DNA from: an uncultured Candidatus Binatia bacterium
Lineage (GTDB): Bacteria > Desulfobacterota > Binatia > UBA9968 > JAJDTQ01
NCBI GenBank assembly: GCA_965215605.1
Contig: OZ244070.1
Span: forward strand, 1 to 64,000
DNA: 64,000 nt
Reading direction: 5' to 3'
The position numbers were made by a program, and so were the translations under genes. Below, in pieces: positions 28,442 to 37,347 of this stretch (its first letter is position 1; each line of letters opens with the position of its first letter). Under the pieces are notes generated by a model. It made no database searches. It saw nothing but the letters and a program-made list of their open reading frames with translations, and was not told where the DNA came from.

Positions 28442-29065
28442 TCAGGCGAGGCTCTTGAAATAGCTGAGGTCCCCCTGCCCTTCGCGCAGGATCGCGATGG
28501 TATCGTCGACGAGCGAGATGACGCTGGAGGCCAGCACCGGAAGCGTGCCGCACTCCATGATGAGGTCCACCCGGTGGCCGAAGATCTGTTCCAGATCCGC
28601 CGGGTTGGTCACCACCTCCTCGTTGCTCTCGTTGGCGCTGGTGCTCACCACCGGGTTGCCGAGTTGCTCCACCAGCGCCAGCGGCACCGGGTGGTCCGGA
28701 ATCCGGATGCCGACGGTCTTCTGCTTCGACTGGAACACCCGTGGGGTTTCCTTGGTGGCGGCGAGCACGAAGGTGTAGGGGCCCGGAAGGAAACGCTTCA
28801 GAATACGGTGCGCGAAGTTCGACACGTGCCCGTACCGGCTCACCTGGACCAGGTCCGAGCACACGAACGACATGGGCTTGTTGGCATCGCGCCCCTTGAT
28901 GCGGCGGATGCGTTCCACCCCGGCCTTGCTGGTGACGTCACAGCCCAGGCCGTAGATGGTGTCCGTGGGATAGACGATGACGCCGTCGCGCTTCAGCACA
29001 TCGACGGCGCGGTCCACGTGCCGTCCCTTCAGGTGTTGGGGGTCGATGCTGAGTGTGGTCGCCAT
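28442..29065 (-). CDS. Sua5/YciO/YrdC family threonylcarbamoyl-AMP synthase-like protein
   Basis: VYPTDTIYGLGC, IKGR, LPGPYTFVL, VGIRIP, STSAN. Confidence 0.9.
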   Translation of the reverse strand: MATTLSIDPQHLKGRHVDRAVDVLKRDGVIVYPTDTIYGLGCDVTSKAGVERIRRIKGRDANKPMSFVCSDLVQVSRYGHVSNFAHRILKRFLPGPYTFVLAATKETPRVFQSKQKTVGIRIPDHPVPLALVEQLGNPVVSTSANESNEEVVTNPADLEQIFGHRVDLIMECGTLPVLASSVISLVDDTIAILREGQGDLSYFKSLA

Positions 29066-29086
29066 GTAACTTCCGACGCCTGCCGC

Positions 29087-30169
29087 TCAGGGCGAGGACA
29101 CATCCGTCCGGCGGGTCATGAAGAGATCCGCCGGAAGCCGCGTCCCCAGCTTCCGCTTCCGGGCTTCCTCCAGCACCAAGTGGCCGATGGCGGCGAACTG
29201 GACGCCCATGCCGCAGTTGTTGTTGTGATGGGTGATCTCCGAGTTGGTGGTGCGGCCGGGGATATTGCCTATGACTAGGTCCCCCAACTCGTGGATCTGC
29301 TCCCAGCCGATAATGCCCTTCCTTATCGGCGACATCAACTCGGGTTGCTCATCGATCTCCACCTGCTCCTTCGAGTTCACCACGACGAGGTCGCAGGCCT
29401 CGATGGCGGCGTCGTCCAGCTCCCGGCGCTTGTCGAACCAGTCCGGGCCGATCATGGAGACCAAGTGCGTGCCGGGCTCCAGCAAGTCGCCGTCGAACAC
29501 CGGATCGCCGGAGTTGGTGGCGGTGATCACGATGTCCGAATCGTGGACGACGTCCTCGGGGCGCCGCACGGCCCGGGCCTTGACGCCGTAGCGCTCGGTG
29601 ACTTCCCTGGCGAAGCGCTGCCGGTTCTCCTCCCGCAGCGAAAACACCTTGACCTCCCGGATCTTCCGCACCGCGCAGAAGGCCGACACCTGGCCGTGGG
29701 CCTGGGCGCCGCTGCCGAAGATGCCCAGCACCGATGCGTTCTCCCGCGCCAGATACTTCGCCGCGACCCCGCTGGTGGCCCCGACCCGGAGCGCCGACAG
29801 GTAGTGGTCGTGGACGATGCCCTTGAGCGCACGGTCCTTGATGCTGAACAGCAGGACAAAGCCCGAGAAGTCGCCGGGGAACTCCATGCGGCTGGCGCCG
29901 CCGACGTTGCGAAACCGGATCTGCGACGAATCGAGCCGGACCGCGGCGGTATCGAAGGCCGGCACCGCCCCGGGAATGACGTTGAGCCAGTACCAGGTAC
30001 GCTCCAGCCCCTCCTGCGGCATGTGCAGCCGGCGCCGGGGCATTCCCTCGGCAATCTTTCGGCCGAGCTCCCGGTACGCGGTTTCCACCGCCTCCACGAT
30101 CTCCCCCATGTCGAGGAGACCCTCCATGTCCTCGTTGGTCAGGACCAGCACATCCTCGTCAGCCATCAT
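29087..30169 (-). CDS. Ornithine cyclodeaminase/mu-crystallin family protein
   Basis: LRVGATSG, GIFGSGAQA, ITATNS, PGRT..EIT..N..GMGVQFAA. Confidence 0.88.
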   Translation of the reverse strand: MMADEDVLVLTNEDMEGLLDMGEIVEAVETAYRELGRKIAEGMPRRRLHMPQEGLERTWYWLNVIPGAVPAFDTAAVRLDSSQIRFRNVGGASRMEFPGDFSGFVLLFSIKDRALKGIVHDHYLSALRVGATSGVAAKYLARENASVLGIFGSGAQAHGQVSAFCAVRKIREVKVFSLREENRQRFAREVTERYGVKARAVRRPEDVVHDSDIVITATNSGDPVFDGDLLEPGTHLVSMIGPDWFDKRRELDDAAIEACDLVVVNSKEQVEIDEQPELMSPIRKGIIGWEQIHELGDLVIGNIPGRTTNSEITHHNNNCGMGVQFAAIGHLVLEEARKRKLGTRLPADLFMTRRTDVSSP

Positions 30170-30378
30170 GAACCCCTTGCCGGGTTGCCATTGCCACCCC
30201 TGTTTGCGTGCGGACCCCCCCAACGGTAAACCGGCCCGGACGTGCCGTCAACGCCGGCCGCGCCGGCGCGGATCGCCCGCCCGGTACGACACCAGCGGTA
30301 CGCGGCCGTGGATGCGGGCGTCGTAGAGGCCCAGCTCCGCCTCATTCATCGCCGCAGCCCATGACTCGGTCCCGCCGG

Positions 30379-30699
30379 TTATGCGGGGTCCGCTTCGGCC
30401 GCCCGTTGCAGCGCCGCGTAGAAGTCCCGGTACGGCGTCCCGGCGATCTCCTGGGGCATCTCGCGGACGATCTCCACGGTAAAGGACCCGGGCAGCACCA
30501 CGCCCACCACGGTGCGCACCACGAGCCCGTCGCCGGGGCCGCCGTCCTCGCGAACGATGCCCACGACGTGCCGGAGCCCGTATTTGCCCCGGCCCGGTCT
30601 CAAGTCCCTCAGGACCAACGGCGTCTCCTCGCCGCACCGGACATCCCCCGGCCGCCGCACGAAGGTGTCCCAGACCGGCGCCTCACTGCTTGAAGCCAT
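30379..30699 (-). CDS. Phenylphosphate carboxylase gamma-subunit-like protein
   Basis: WDTFV...PLVLRDLRPGRGKY..RHV...D.LVVRT..G....FTVEIV resembles the recalled PpcC pattern. Overlaps the stop of the UbiD gene. Confidence 0.65.
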   Translation of the reverse strand: MASSSEAPVWDTFVRRPGDVRCGEETPLVLRDLRPGRGKYGLRHVVGIVREDGGPGDGLVVRTVVGVVLPGSFTVEIVREMPQEIAGTPYRDFYAALQRAAEADPA

Positions 30700-32116
30700 A
30701 CTCGCTCCAGTTCTTCAGCACCTTCTCCTGCACCTCCTTGGAGAAGATCGAATCCAGGGTCGCCTTCACGGGCGTCTCCCACTCCCGCGACCACTCGCCC
30801 GGCCAGGTGCAGTCGTACAGCACCGTGGCGCCCTTCTGGGCGGCCCGCTCCGCCTGGCTGTAGCAGGGGGTCAGCGTATTGGCCCGCCCCTCGTAGTGGA
30901 TCACGTGGATGCCGTTGGCGGGATGGCACTTGGTGGAGAAGGCGTGGAGCACCTTCCCCATGTCGAACACGTCGGTGTCGGTATCCACCAGGAAGAGCTT
31001 CGACAGGAGCGCCCGCCGCGAGGTCAGTACCTGGAGCACCTTCTTCGCCACCTCCTGGCCGCCGTAGTCCACGCTCATCACCGCCAAGTGCACGGCGCCC
31101 TCCGGCGGCACGTAGACGTCCCGGACGGGCACACCGTGGCGCTCCAGCCGCCGCTTGATGGCGAGGGCGCCGGACAGCGCCGTCACCGTCGAGCTGTCGT
31201 CCTTGTAGCCGGTGGCGTCCACCGTCAGCACCGGCTTCTCCCGGTGGGTGATGGCGGTGGTCCGGAACAGGATGCCGTTGCCCATCTCCCCGGTGCGGTA
31301 GCCCGGATACTCGCCGTAGGGCCCCTCCAGCCCCACCCGGTCCGGCAGCACCTCGCCCTCGATGACGATCTCGGAATGGGCCGGCACCAGCAGGTCGCTG
31401 GTCTCGCAGCGGATCATCTCCACCGGCCGGCCGCGCAGCCCTCCGGCCAGACTGGCCTCGTCGCCTCCCAGGGCGTAGGTGGCCGCCGCCGCAAAGTGGG
31501 AAAGCGGATCCGTGCCGATGGCGATTGCCAGGGGCATGGGCTTTCCCTTGGCGACGTAGTGTTCCTGGAAGACCTTACCCAGGTGGCTCGTGGGCCGTGG
31601 AAAGCCGGTCAGGTGATGCGCGTCGTAGACCATGAACCGGTACATGCCCCAGTTGACCCAGCCGCTGTCCACGTCCTTCGAGATCACCAGGTCCCAGGTG
31701 CCCAGGTAACGGCCGCCGTCGCCCTCGTGCAGCATGGGCGTGGGCAGGTCGAAGAGGTTGGCATCCGCACCCATGCGGATCACCTGCTTGCAGGGCGCTT
31801 CCTCCACTTCCACCGGATCCACGGGACTCCCCTCTCCCTTTTCGTAGGTTTCGTAGATCTCCCGCACCGTGGCCGTGGCGGGCAGCCCCAAGGCGATGGC
31901 GATGCGGCGCCAGGTGGCCACCGGATTGACGAAAACGGAAACCTCGTCCACGTAGTCCGTGACCCGCTTGAACCACACCGCTGGACCGTCCTTCTCGCAC
32001 GCCAGCCGGCTGATGGCGCCGAGTTCCAGGTCCCAGGTGACCTCCTTCTCCACCTCCACGAGGTCGCCGGACCGCCGGAGCGCCTCGATGAAGCCGCGAT
32101 TGTCGTCGAAAATCAT
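30683..32116 (-). CDS. UbiD family (de)carboxylase, phenylphosphate carboxylase alpha-like
   Basis: DNRGFIEAL, EAPCK, HEGDGGRYLGTW, NWGMYR, EGPYGEYPGY, KCHPANGIH, YDCTWP, EKVLKNWSEYGF. Confidence 0.9.
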   Translation of the reverse strand: MIFDDNRGFIEALRRSGDLVEVEKEVTWDLELGAISRLACEKDGPAVWFKRVTDYVDEVSVFVNPVATWRRIAIALGLPATATVREIYETYEKGEGSPVDPVEVEEAPCKQVIRMGADANLFDLPTPMLHEGDGGRYLGTWDLVISKDVDSGWVNWGMYRFMVYDAHHLTGFPRPTSHLGKVFQEHYVAKGKPMPLAIAIGTDPLSHFAAAATYALGGDEASLAGGLRGRPVEMIRCETSDLLVPAHSEIVIEGEVLPDRVGLEGPYGEYPGYRTGEMGNGILFRTTAITHREKPVLTVDATGYKDDSSTVTALSGALAIKRRLERHGVPVRDVYVPPEGAVHLAVMSVDYGGQEVAKKVLQVLTSRRALLSKLFLVDTDTDVFDMGKVLHAFSTKCHPANGIHVIHYEGRANTLTPCYSQAERAAQKGATVLYDCTWPGEWSREWETPVKATLDSIFSKEVQEKVLKNWSEYGFKQ

Positions 32117-32214
32117 GCCGTCAAACGTAAGGTGCCGGTGTTGCGATTGCAAGCATGCAGGCAGGGCCACGGGGCGTTGGAGCGGGGGCCGCCCCCGGAG
32201 GCGGCGACATCCCT

Positions 32215-33348
32215 TTACCGGCGCCCTTCGTCAAGCGCGATCAGGGTGAAGACCTTCTTCATCTCCTGCTTCCTGAACCTGGCGGAGAGGCGGCGCATCA
32301 CCTCCCCCTTGTTCTCGGAGAGCCTGATGCCGACCCGGCGGTATTCATCCATTACCCGGTTCTTGAACTCCATCTCCTCGCACACCTCGGCGATGCACTC
32401 GTGGATGCAGCTCCTGAAACGCTCGATCTCGTCGTCGGCGTACTCCTCCGCCAGCAGTGGATAGAGGGTCTCGTAGGTCAGCACGTCCTGAGTCTCGAAC
32501 AAGTTCCAGCAGGTGGCGGTGACCGCGGCCTTGTTGATGCTCCCCACCCAATGCACTTCCTCCACGGACTCGGGCTTGCACTTGAACAGCACGGTGGCGC
32601 CGTCGCGCGTGCGCACGTGCCACACCGCCCCCTCGACGCCGGCGATCCTGCCGTCCTCGGCCGGGCGGTTGCCCCGCTCCAGCCGCTCGCGGACGGCGCC
32701 GTACTCGGCCACCGGATCCTTCCCCGCCGCCAGCGTGCCGTAGAGCGTCGCCGCCGGCACGCCGCGGCTGTCCAGCGCCGAGGGCGACAACGGCTTCCCG
32801 TCCGGGGTGACGCCGAAGAGCAGCACGCAGTCCAGCGGCTCCTCGTAGAGGATGAGATGCGTGTTGCGCCGGCCGTAGAGCTCGAAGCCCAGGGAGCACC
32901 CGTTGACATCCACCAGCCCGGGGATCGCCGGATAACGCTCCAGCATCTCCCGCCACAGGTCCAGGAACGCGCCGAAGCGTCCGTTGCGCAACACCGGAGA
33001 CAGGCGCAGCTTGTAGGTGAGGTACCGGCGCCCCCGGGCGTCATGATAGGCGTACGCCAGCACGTTGGTGCCGTCGTACTTCTCGAAGATTTCGATCTCG
33101 CGGACCGGCGGAAAATTGAACCGGCCCTGCCGGTCGAAGGGGTAGTGGAGCTTGGGGGTGGCGAAGACGAGCTGCGGAGCGGATTCCTCGTTAACGTGGG
33201 TGACGGCCAGCGCTCCGTAGCGGTGGTCCGGCCTGCGGGAGAGGAAGCCGCGCAGCGCGACGTCGTTGAAGGGATCGGCGACATCGAACTCCTGGAGCCA
33301 CTTGGCGTCCAGGGCGAGAGCCTCGGCGGCGGTTTGCAGGTCGTCCAT
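32215..33348 (-). CDS. RNA-ligase-like ATP-dependent nucleotidyltransferase
   Basis: Motif I EKYDGTN, III FELYG, IIIa LLFGV, IV EGAVW, V FKCK. PKLHYP precedes motif I. Helical C-terminal domain. GGAG RBS. Confidence 0.72.
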   Translation of the reverse strand: MDDLQTAAEALALDAKWLQEFDVADPFNDVALRGFLSRRPDHRYGALAVTHVNEESAPQLVFATPKLHYPFDRQGRFNFPPVREIEIFEKYDGTNVLAYAYHDARGRRYLTYKLRLSPVLRNGRFGAFLDLWREMLERYPAIPGLVDVNGCSLGFELYGRRNTHLILYEEPLDCVLLFGVTPDGKPLSPSALDSRGVPAATLYGTLAAGKDPVAEYGAVRERLERGNRPAEDGRIAGVEGAVWHVRTRDGATVLFKCKPESVEEVHWVGSINKAAVTATCWNLFETQDVLTYETLYPLLAEEYADDEIERFRSCIHECIAEVCEEMEFKNRVMDEYRRVGIRLSENKGEVMRRLSARFRKQEMKKVFTLIALDEGRR

Positions 33349-33368
33349 GTGCTCCCGCTCCGCGCCCC

Positions 33369-34727
33369 TCACCCTTGTCTCCTGTCCCGGAGCCGTCGCA
33401 CCTTGATGCGGTTCTCCACTCCGAGGGACCGGCCCAACTCGCCCGGCGACAGCAGCGACGCCTCCATGGTGAGGCTCGTCGCCACCTTGAGCTCCCGTTC
33501 CAGCCGTTGCCTGATTTCTCCGGTGGCCTCGCAGCCCGGCCGCATCTCCACCTCCACCGTCACGGCGTCCTGCTGTCCCACCCGGTCCACGGTGACCCGG
33601 TATTCCCGGGTAAGCTCCGGCAGACCCTCCAGCGCCGTCTCCACCGAGGTCGGGTAGAACGGGATGCCGCTCACCTTGACCATGTCGCTCAGACGGCCCC
33701 GGAGCCTGGAAATGCGACGGAAGCCGCGGCCACAGCCGCAACCGTCTTCGATGAACTCGCACAGGTCCTCGATGTTGTAGCGGATCACCGGCGCCGCCTC
33801 CTTGAAGAGACAGGTGACCACCAGAACGCCCTCTTCTCCCGGCGGCACGGGTTCGTGGGTGGCCGGGTCCAGCACCTCGAAGATGTACGCGTCCTCGTTG
33901 ATGTGGTAACCGCTCCGTTCCTCGCACTCGAAGGTGGGGGAGCCGGTCTCGACGCTGCCGAAGTTGTCGTAGGCGGCCACGCCCCAGCGGTCTTCGATGG
34001 CCCGTCGCGCGGGCTCGGTCATGGTCTCGGAAGTGTGGATGGTGCGCCGCAGCCGGAAGTCCTTCCGGAGGTCGAATCCCTGCCCTTCGGCCACGTCCGC
34101 CAGGTGGAGCACGTAGGAAGGCGTCCCCGCCAGCGCGGTCACGCCCCAGTCACGGGCGATCTTCACCTGACGCTCGCTCGGAGTGACGCTGCCGCTTCCG
34201 GTAGGCACCACGAGCGCCCCCAGCCGCATGGCGCCCTCGGAGGCGGTGAACCCCACGATAAACAGCGTGTAGGCGAAGACGATCTGGAGGATGTCCCCTT
34301 CCCTCACCCCCTGGGCATGAAAACGCCGGCTCCACAGCCGGGCGATGATGTCCCAGTCGTTCCGGGTGAAGAAGAAGGGCTTGGGGTTGCCCGAGGTGCC
34401 CGAACTGGCCTGCACCCGCACCGCGGCAAAGTCGCCCTGGTAGTCGCCGAAGGGCGGATGGAGCCTGAGGCTGTCCTCGAAGTCGCTCTTGCGGATGACC
34501 GGGAGCTTCTGGATATCGGCGGCGGTGCGGATGTCGCCAGGCTCGACCCCGCACGCCTGCCAGCGATCGCGATAGAAGGGAATGTGGTCCCAGGAGCGCT
34601 GCACCAGGGCGGCGAGGCGCTCTCCCTGCATTTGCCGGATGACTTCCGGCGGCGCGGTCTCGATCTTCCGGCTCTCCGGGGCTCCGGGGTACAACTTCGT
34701 CACGGCGGGATCTTCGAGATCAGGCAC
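33369..34727 (-). CDS. Phenylacetate-CoA ligase (PaaK) family adenylate-forming enzyme
   Basis: ASSGTSGNPK, GTPSY, TSE, DNFGSVE, IRYNIED, GRLSDMVKVSG. Confidence 0.9.
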   Translation of the reverse strand: MPDLEDPAVTKLYPGAPESRKIETAPPEVIRQMQGERLAALVQRSWDHIPFYRDRWQACGVEPGDIRTAADIQKLPVIRKSDFEDSLRLHPPFGDYQGDFAAVRVQASSGTSGNPKPFFFTRNDWDIIARLWSRRFHAQGVREGDILQIVFAYTLFIVGFTASEGAMRLGALVVPTGSGSVTPSERQVKIARDWGVTALAGTPSYVLHLADVAEGQGFDLRKDFRLRRTIHTSETMTEPARRAIEDRWGVAAYDNFGSVETGSPTFECEERSGYHINEDAYIFEVLDPATHEPVPPGEEGVLVVTCLFKEAAPVIRYNIEDLCEFIEDGCGCGRGFRRISRLRGRLSDMVKVSGIPFYPTSVETALEGLPELTREYRVTVDRVGQQDAVTVEVEMRPGCEATGEIRQRLERELKVATSLTMEASLLSPGELGRSLGVENRIKVRRLRDRRQG

Positions 34728-34952
34728 AGGCTCTTCTTAGCAGATCGATATACCGCGGCGAAGAAGCAGGCCCGCGAGCGCGCGCAAGGGGCCGAAAAGC
34801 AACCTCGTCACGACGGATCATGGACGGGAGGCTCGAATACCGCAGGTGGTGAGGAAGTCCCGATACGAGGCCAAAGCCTCGTTGACGGCCTCGTGCAAGG
34901 CGGTCAGGCTGGCGGAACAGGCCCGACGGAACCCATTCCCTACGCACAGAGA

Positions 34953-35300
34953 CTACTCGCCTTCAAACGCCGCCACCGCCGCCGCCTGCGTGTCGTAGAC
35001 GGGGATCACCTCGTCAAAGCCGCTGACTTCGACAATGCCGCGAGTCCCTTCCTGAAGCGCGCATATGGCGAACTTCTTCCCTGGCGCGTGGAATTTCCTG
35101 GCCAGGGTCAGGGCGACTCTCAGACCGGCGCTGGCGAGGAAGGGCACGCGCTCCAAGTCAAGGATCAAGGCGTTGTCCGACGGATCGACTCCGCTTTCCA
35201 GCATGCGCTCGAACAGGTCCGCATTGGCGCTGCTGAAACGACCCTCCAGCATCGCGATGACGATGCCACCCTTCCGGCCCCACTTGATATCGACGTCCAT
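34953..35300 (-). CDS. STAS domain anti-sigma factor antagonist
   Basis: LEGRF, LILDLERVPFLASAGLRV (phosphorylatable Ser), EVSGF. Confidence 0.88.
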   Translation of the reverse strand: MDVDIKWGRKGGIVIAMLEGRFSSANADLFERMLESGVDPSDNALILDLERVPFLASAGLRVALTLARKFHAPGKKFAICALQEGTRGIVEVSGFDEVIPVYDTQAAAVAAFEGE

Positions 35301-35362
35301 GGGTTACAACTCCTTTCGACTCACACGGAGATCGAAGCCTACGATTGACACGCCTGAATTGC

Positions 35363-36430
35363 CTACGGATGGATCGTTTCCAGAAACCAGTCCGTAGGAA
35401 TCTCCCGGCCCAATCCCTGCTCCTTGGCCAGCTCCAGCACCCTGGCTCCCACCGCGGCGAACTGGATGCCCATGCCGACGTTGTTCTTGTACACGGTGAT
35501 GTCGGCTTCACGGGTCCGGCCCGGCGCCTCGCCCACCAACAGCTTGCCCAGCTCGTGGATCTTGTCCCAGCCGAACACCCCATCCTCGATGGGCTTCAGC
35601 AGGTCGGGATGGCCGGCGTACTCGGACTGGGCGCGGGAGTTGATGACGATCACGTCGGCCCGGCGCAGCGTCGCCTCATCGAGCTCGATGCGCTTGACCG
35701 ATTCGTCGCTGTTCACGATGGAGCCCACGTGGGTGCCCTCTTCCAGCCATTCGCCGTTGAAGGTCGGCTCGTTGGTATTGGTGGCGGACATGACGATGTC
35801 GGAGCCCGCCACGACATCCCCGGGATCATCCATCGCGTCCACCGGCATCCCCAGACGTTCGTTCCACTCCGCGGCGAAGGCCCGCCGGTGCTCCGGGTTG
35901 GGGCTGAAGACCTTGACCCTTTCGAGCTTCCGTACCTTGGCGATGGCTTCGATGTGCGCTCCCGCCTGGAGACCCGAGCCGAAGAGCCCGAGCACGCGGG
36001 CATCCTCCCGTGCCAGATACTTCACGCCCAGGGCGCTGGTGGCCCCCACCCGGGCCTTCTGCAGGAATCCATCCTGTATGATGGCCAGAGGCTCGCCCGT
36101 TTCGAGGCTGAATAGCTGGATCAGGCCCACGAACTTCTTGCCGGGCGCTGCCGGGACCTTCTCCTGACGCACCAAGCCGGAAACCGTGGGGAAGTGGACG
36201 ATATCCGAGGAAAGCCGCAGGGCCATGACACCGAAGCGGGGCACCGCGCCGTTCATGGTCTTGAGGCGGTAGGACTGCCTGGAACTCTCCAACGAGACGT
36301 ACGTGTGGGTGCGAAGCTGGTTGACCGCAATCTCCCGGCCCAAGTCCTGGAAGGCCTGCTCCACGGCCTCCAGGCAAACGTCCATCGTGAGCACCTTCTC
36401 GACGTCGTCGTTGTTCAGGATGTGAGTCAT
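35363..36430 (-). CDS. Ornithine cyclodeaminase/mu-crystallin family protein
   Basis: ARVGATSA, GLFGSGLQA, SATNT, PGRT..DITVYKNNVGMGIQFAA. Confidence 0.88.
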   Translation of the reverse strand: MTHILNNDDVEKVLTMDVCLEAVEQAFQDLGREIAVNQLRTHTYVSLESSRQSYRLKTMNGAVPRFGVMALRLSSDIVHFPTVSGLVRQEKVPAAPGKKFVGLIQLFSLETGEPLAIIQDGFLQKARVGATSALGVKYLAREDARVLGLFGSGLQAGAHIEAIAKVRKLERVKVFSPNPEHRRAFAAEWNERLGMPVDAMDDPGDVVAGSDIVMSATNTNEPTFNGEWLEEGTHVGSIVNSDESVKRIELDEATLRRADVIVINSRAQSEYAGHPDLLKPIEDGVFGWDKIHELGKLLVGEAPGRTREADITVYKNNVGMGIQFAAVGARVLELAKEQGLGREIPTDWFLETIHP

Positions 36431-36500
36431 CGCGCTGCCTCGGCCGCCTCACGTCTCCCGCAACGGGACGCGCCCCAGCAGGCCACGGAGATCCGCCTCG

Positions 36501-37067
36501 CTAGGTCTGCGGCTCTATCAGCGACACCGATCCGGTCTCCAGGTTGTAGCGCCGGCGGAGGATCTTGGTAAGGTCCGCGCTGAGGAACCGGAAGACCACG
36601 GCGGGCGGTTCCGCCACCTGCGTCGAATGGATCTGGCCCGTCAGGTACGGGTAGACGACGCCGGGCCCCAGCCTGTGGACCTCCTTGATGCGCAGATCCG
36701 CCTTGTCGGCGTTCCCGCCGTCGTCGGCGCGCTCGTAGAGGGGGATTTCGGTGAGTCCCGTATAGGCGCCGTAAACCACCCAGCAAGGCCCGTGGTCGTG
36801 GGGCGTGTTGCCGTGTCCTTCGGGATGCACGTGACCCATCTGGACAAACCCGTAGTCCGGATCCCGGTAGAGTTCTCTGGACGGGTCCGCGTCTCGGATG
36901 ATCTCGGCGATCCAGGGATCGTCCGGACTCGTGGACGCGATCATCCGCTCCATGGCAGCCTTGACCTTGAAGGGCAGTTCCGCGTCTTGACTGTCTCTCC
37001 AAAGGGAGCGCAGCTCCTCGATGTAACGGTCGAACGTGTTGCTCGTTGTCGCCGGATCGAGCGCCAT
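36501..37067 (-). CDS. Cysteine-dioxygenase-like cupin
   Basis: ELYRDPDYGF, PHDHG..WVVYG, GQIH three-His site. AGGAGG RBS. Confidence 0.75.
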   Translation of the reverse strand: MALDPATTSNTFDRYIEELRSLWRDSQDAELPFKVKAAMERMIASTSPDDPWIAEIIRDADPSRELYRDPDYGFVQMGHVHPEGHGNTPHDHGPCWVVYGAYTGLTEIPLYERADDGGNADKADLRIKEVHRLGPGVVYPYLTGQIHSTQVAEPPAVVFRFLSADLTKILRRRYNLETGSVSLIEPQT

Positions 37068-37347
37068 TTCACACCTCCTTGGTGGGCTCCTGAGAGTCGT
37101 TGGACGCCATCGGACTACCGTCGCCGGACTATACTGCAACACGGTGCGAAAACACAAAGGATACTCATCTCGTTTTCGACATTGAACAACAAGCGCATGG
37201 AGATCGTTGGAGACTGCTCAATCGGCGCCGGGCAAAGCCTGCCAGCAGCTTGACAACTCCAAATCGTTCGAGGATCATCGGCGGGTTCCGCCGCCGGTTG
37301 GGCCGTGCAGGAATTTGCGGGACACGACACTGGAAGGAACCGGATCC

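Noticed and set aside
30248-30349. 33-aa ORF MNEAELGLYDARIHGRVPLVSYRAGDP... between the gamma-like gene and OCD
   Set aside because: No clear RBS or recognisable motif. Could be a gene remnant but this cannot be supported.
18168-33348. Functional pairing of AlbA_2 RNase-like proteins with the RNA ligase as a toxin-repair system
   Set aside because: They are more than 12 kb apart, in different operons and of different composition. Nothing in the sequence links them.
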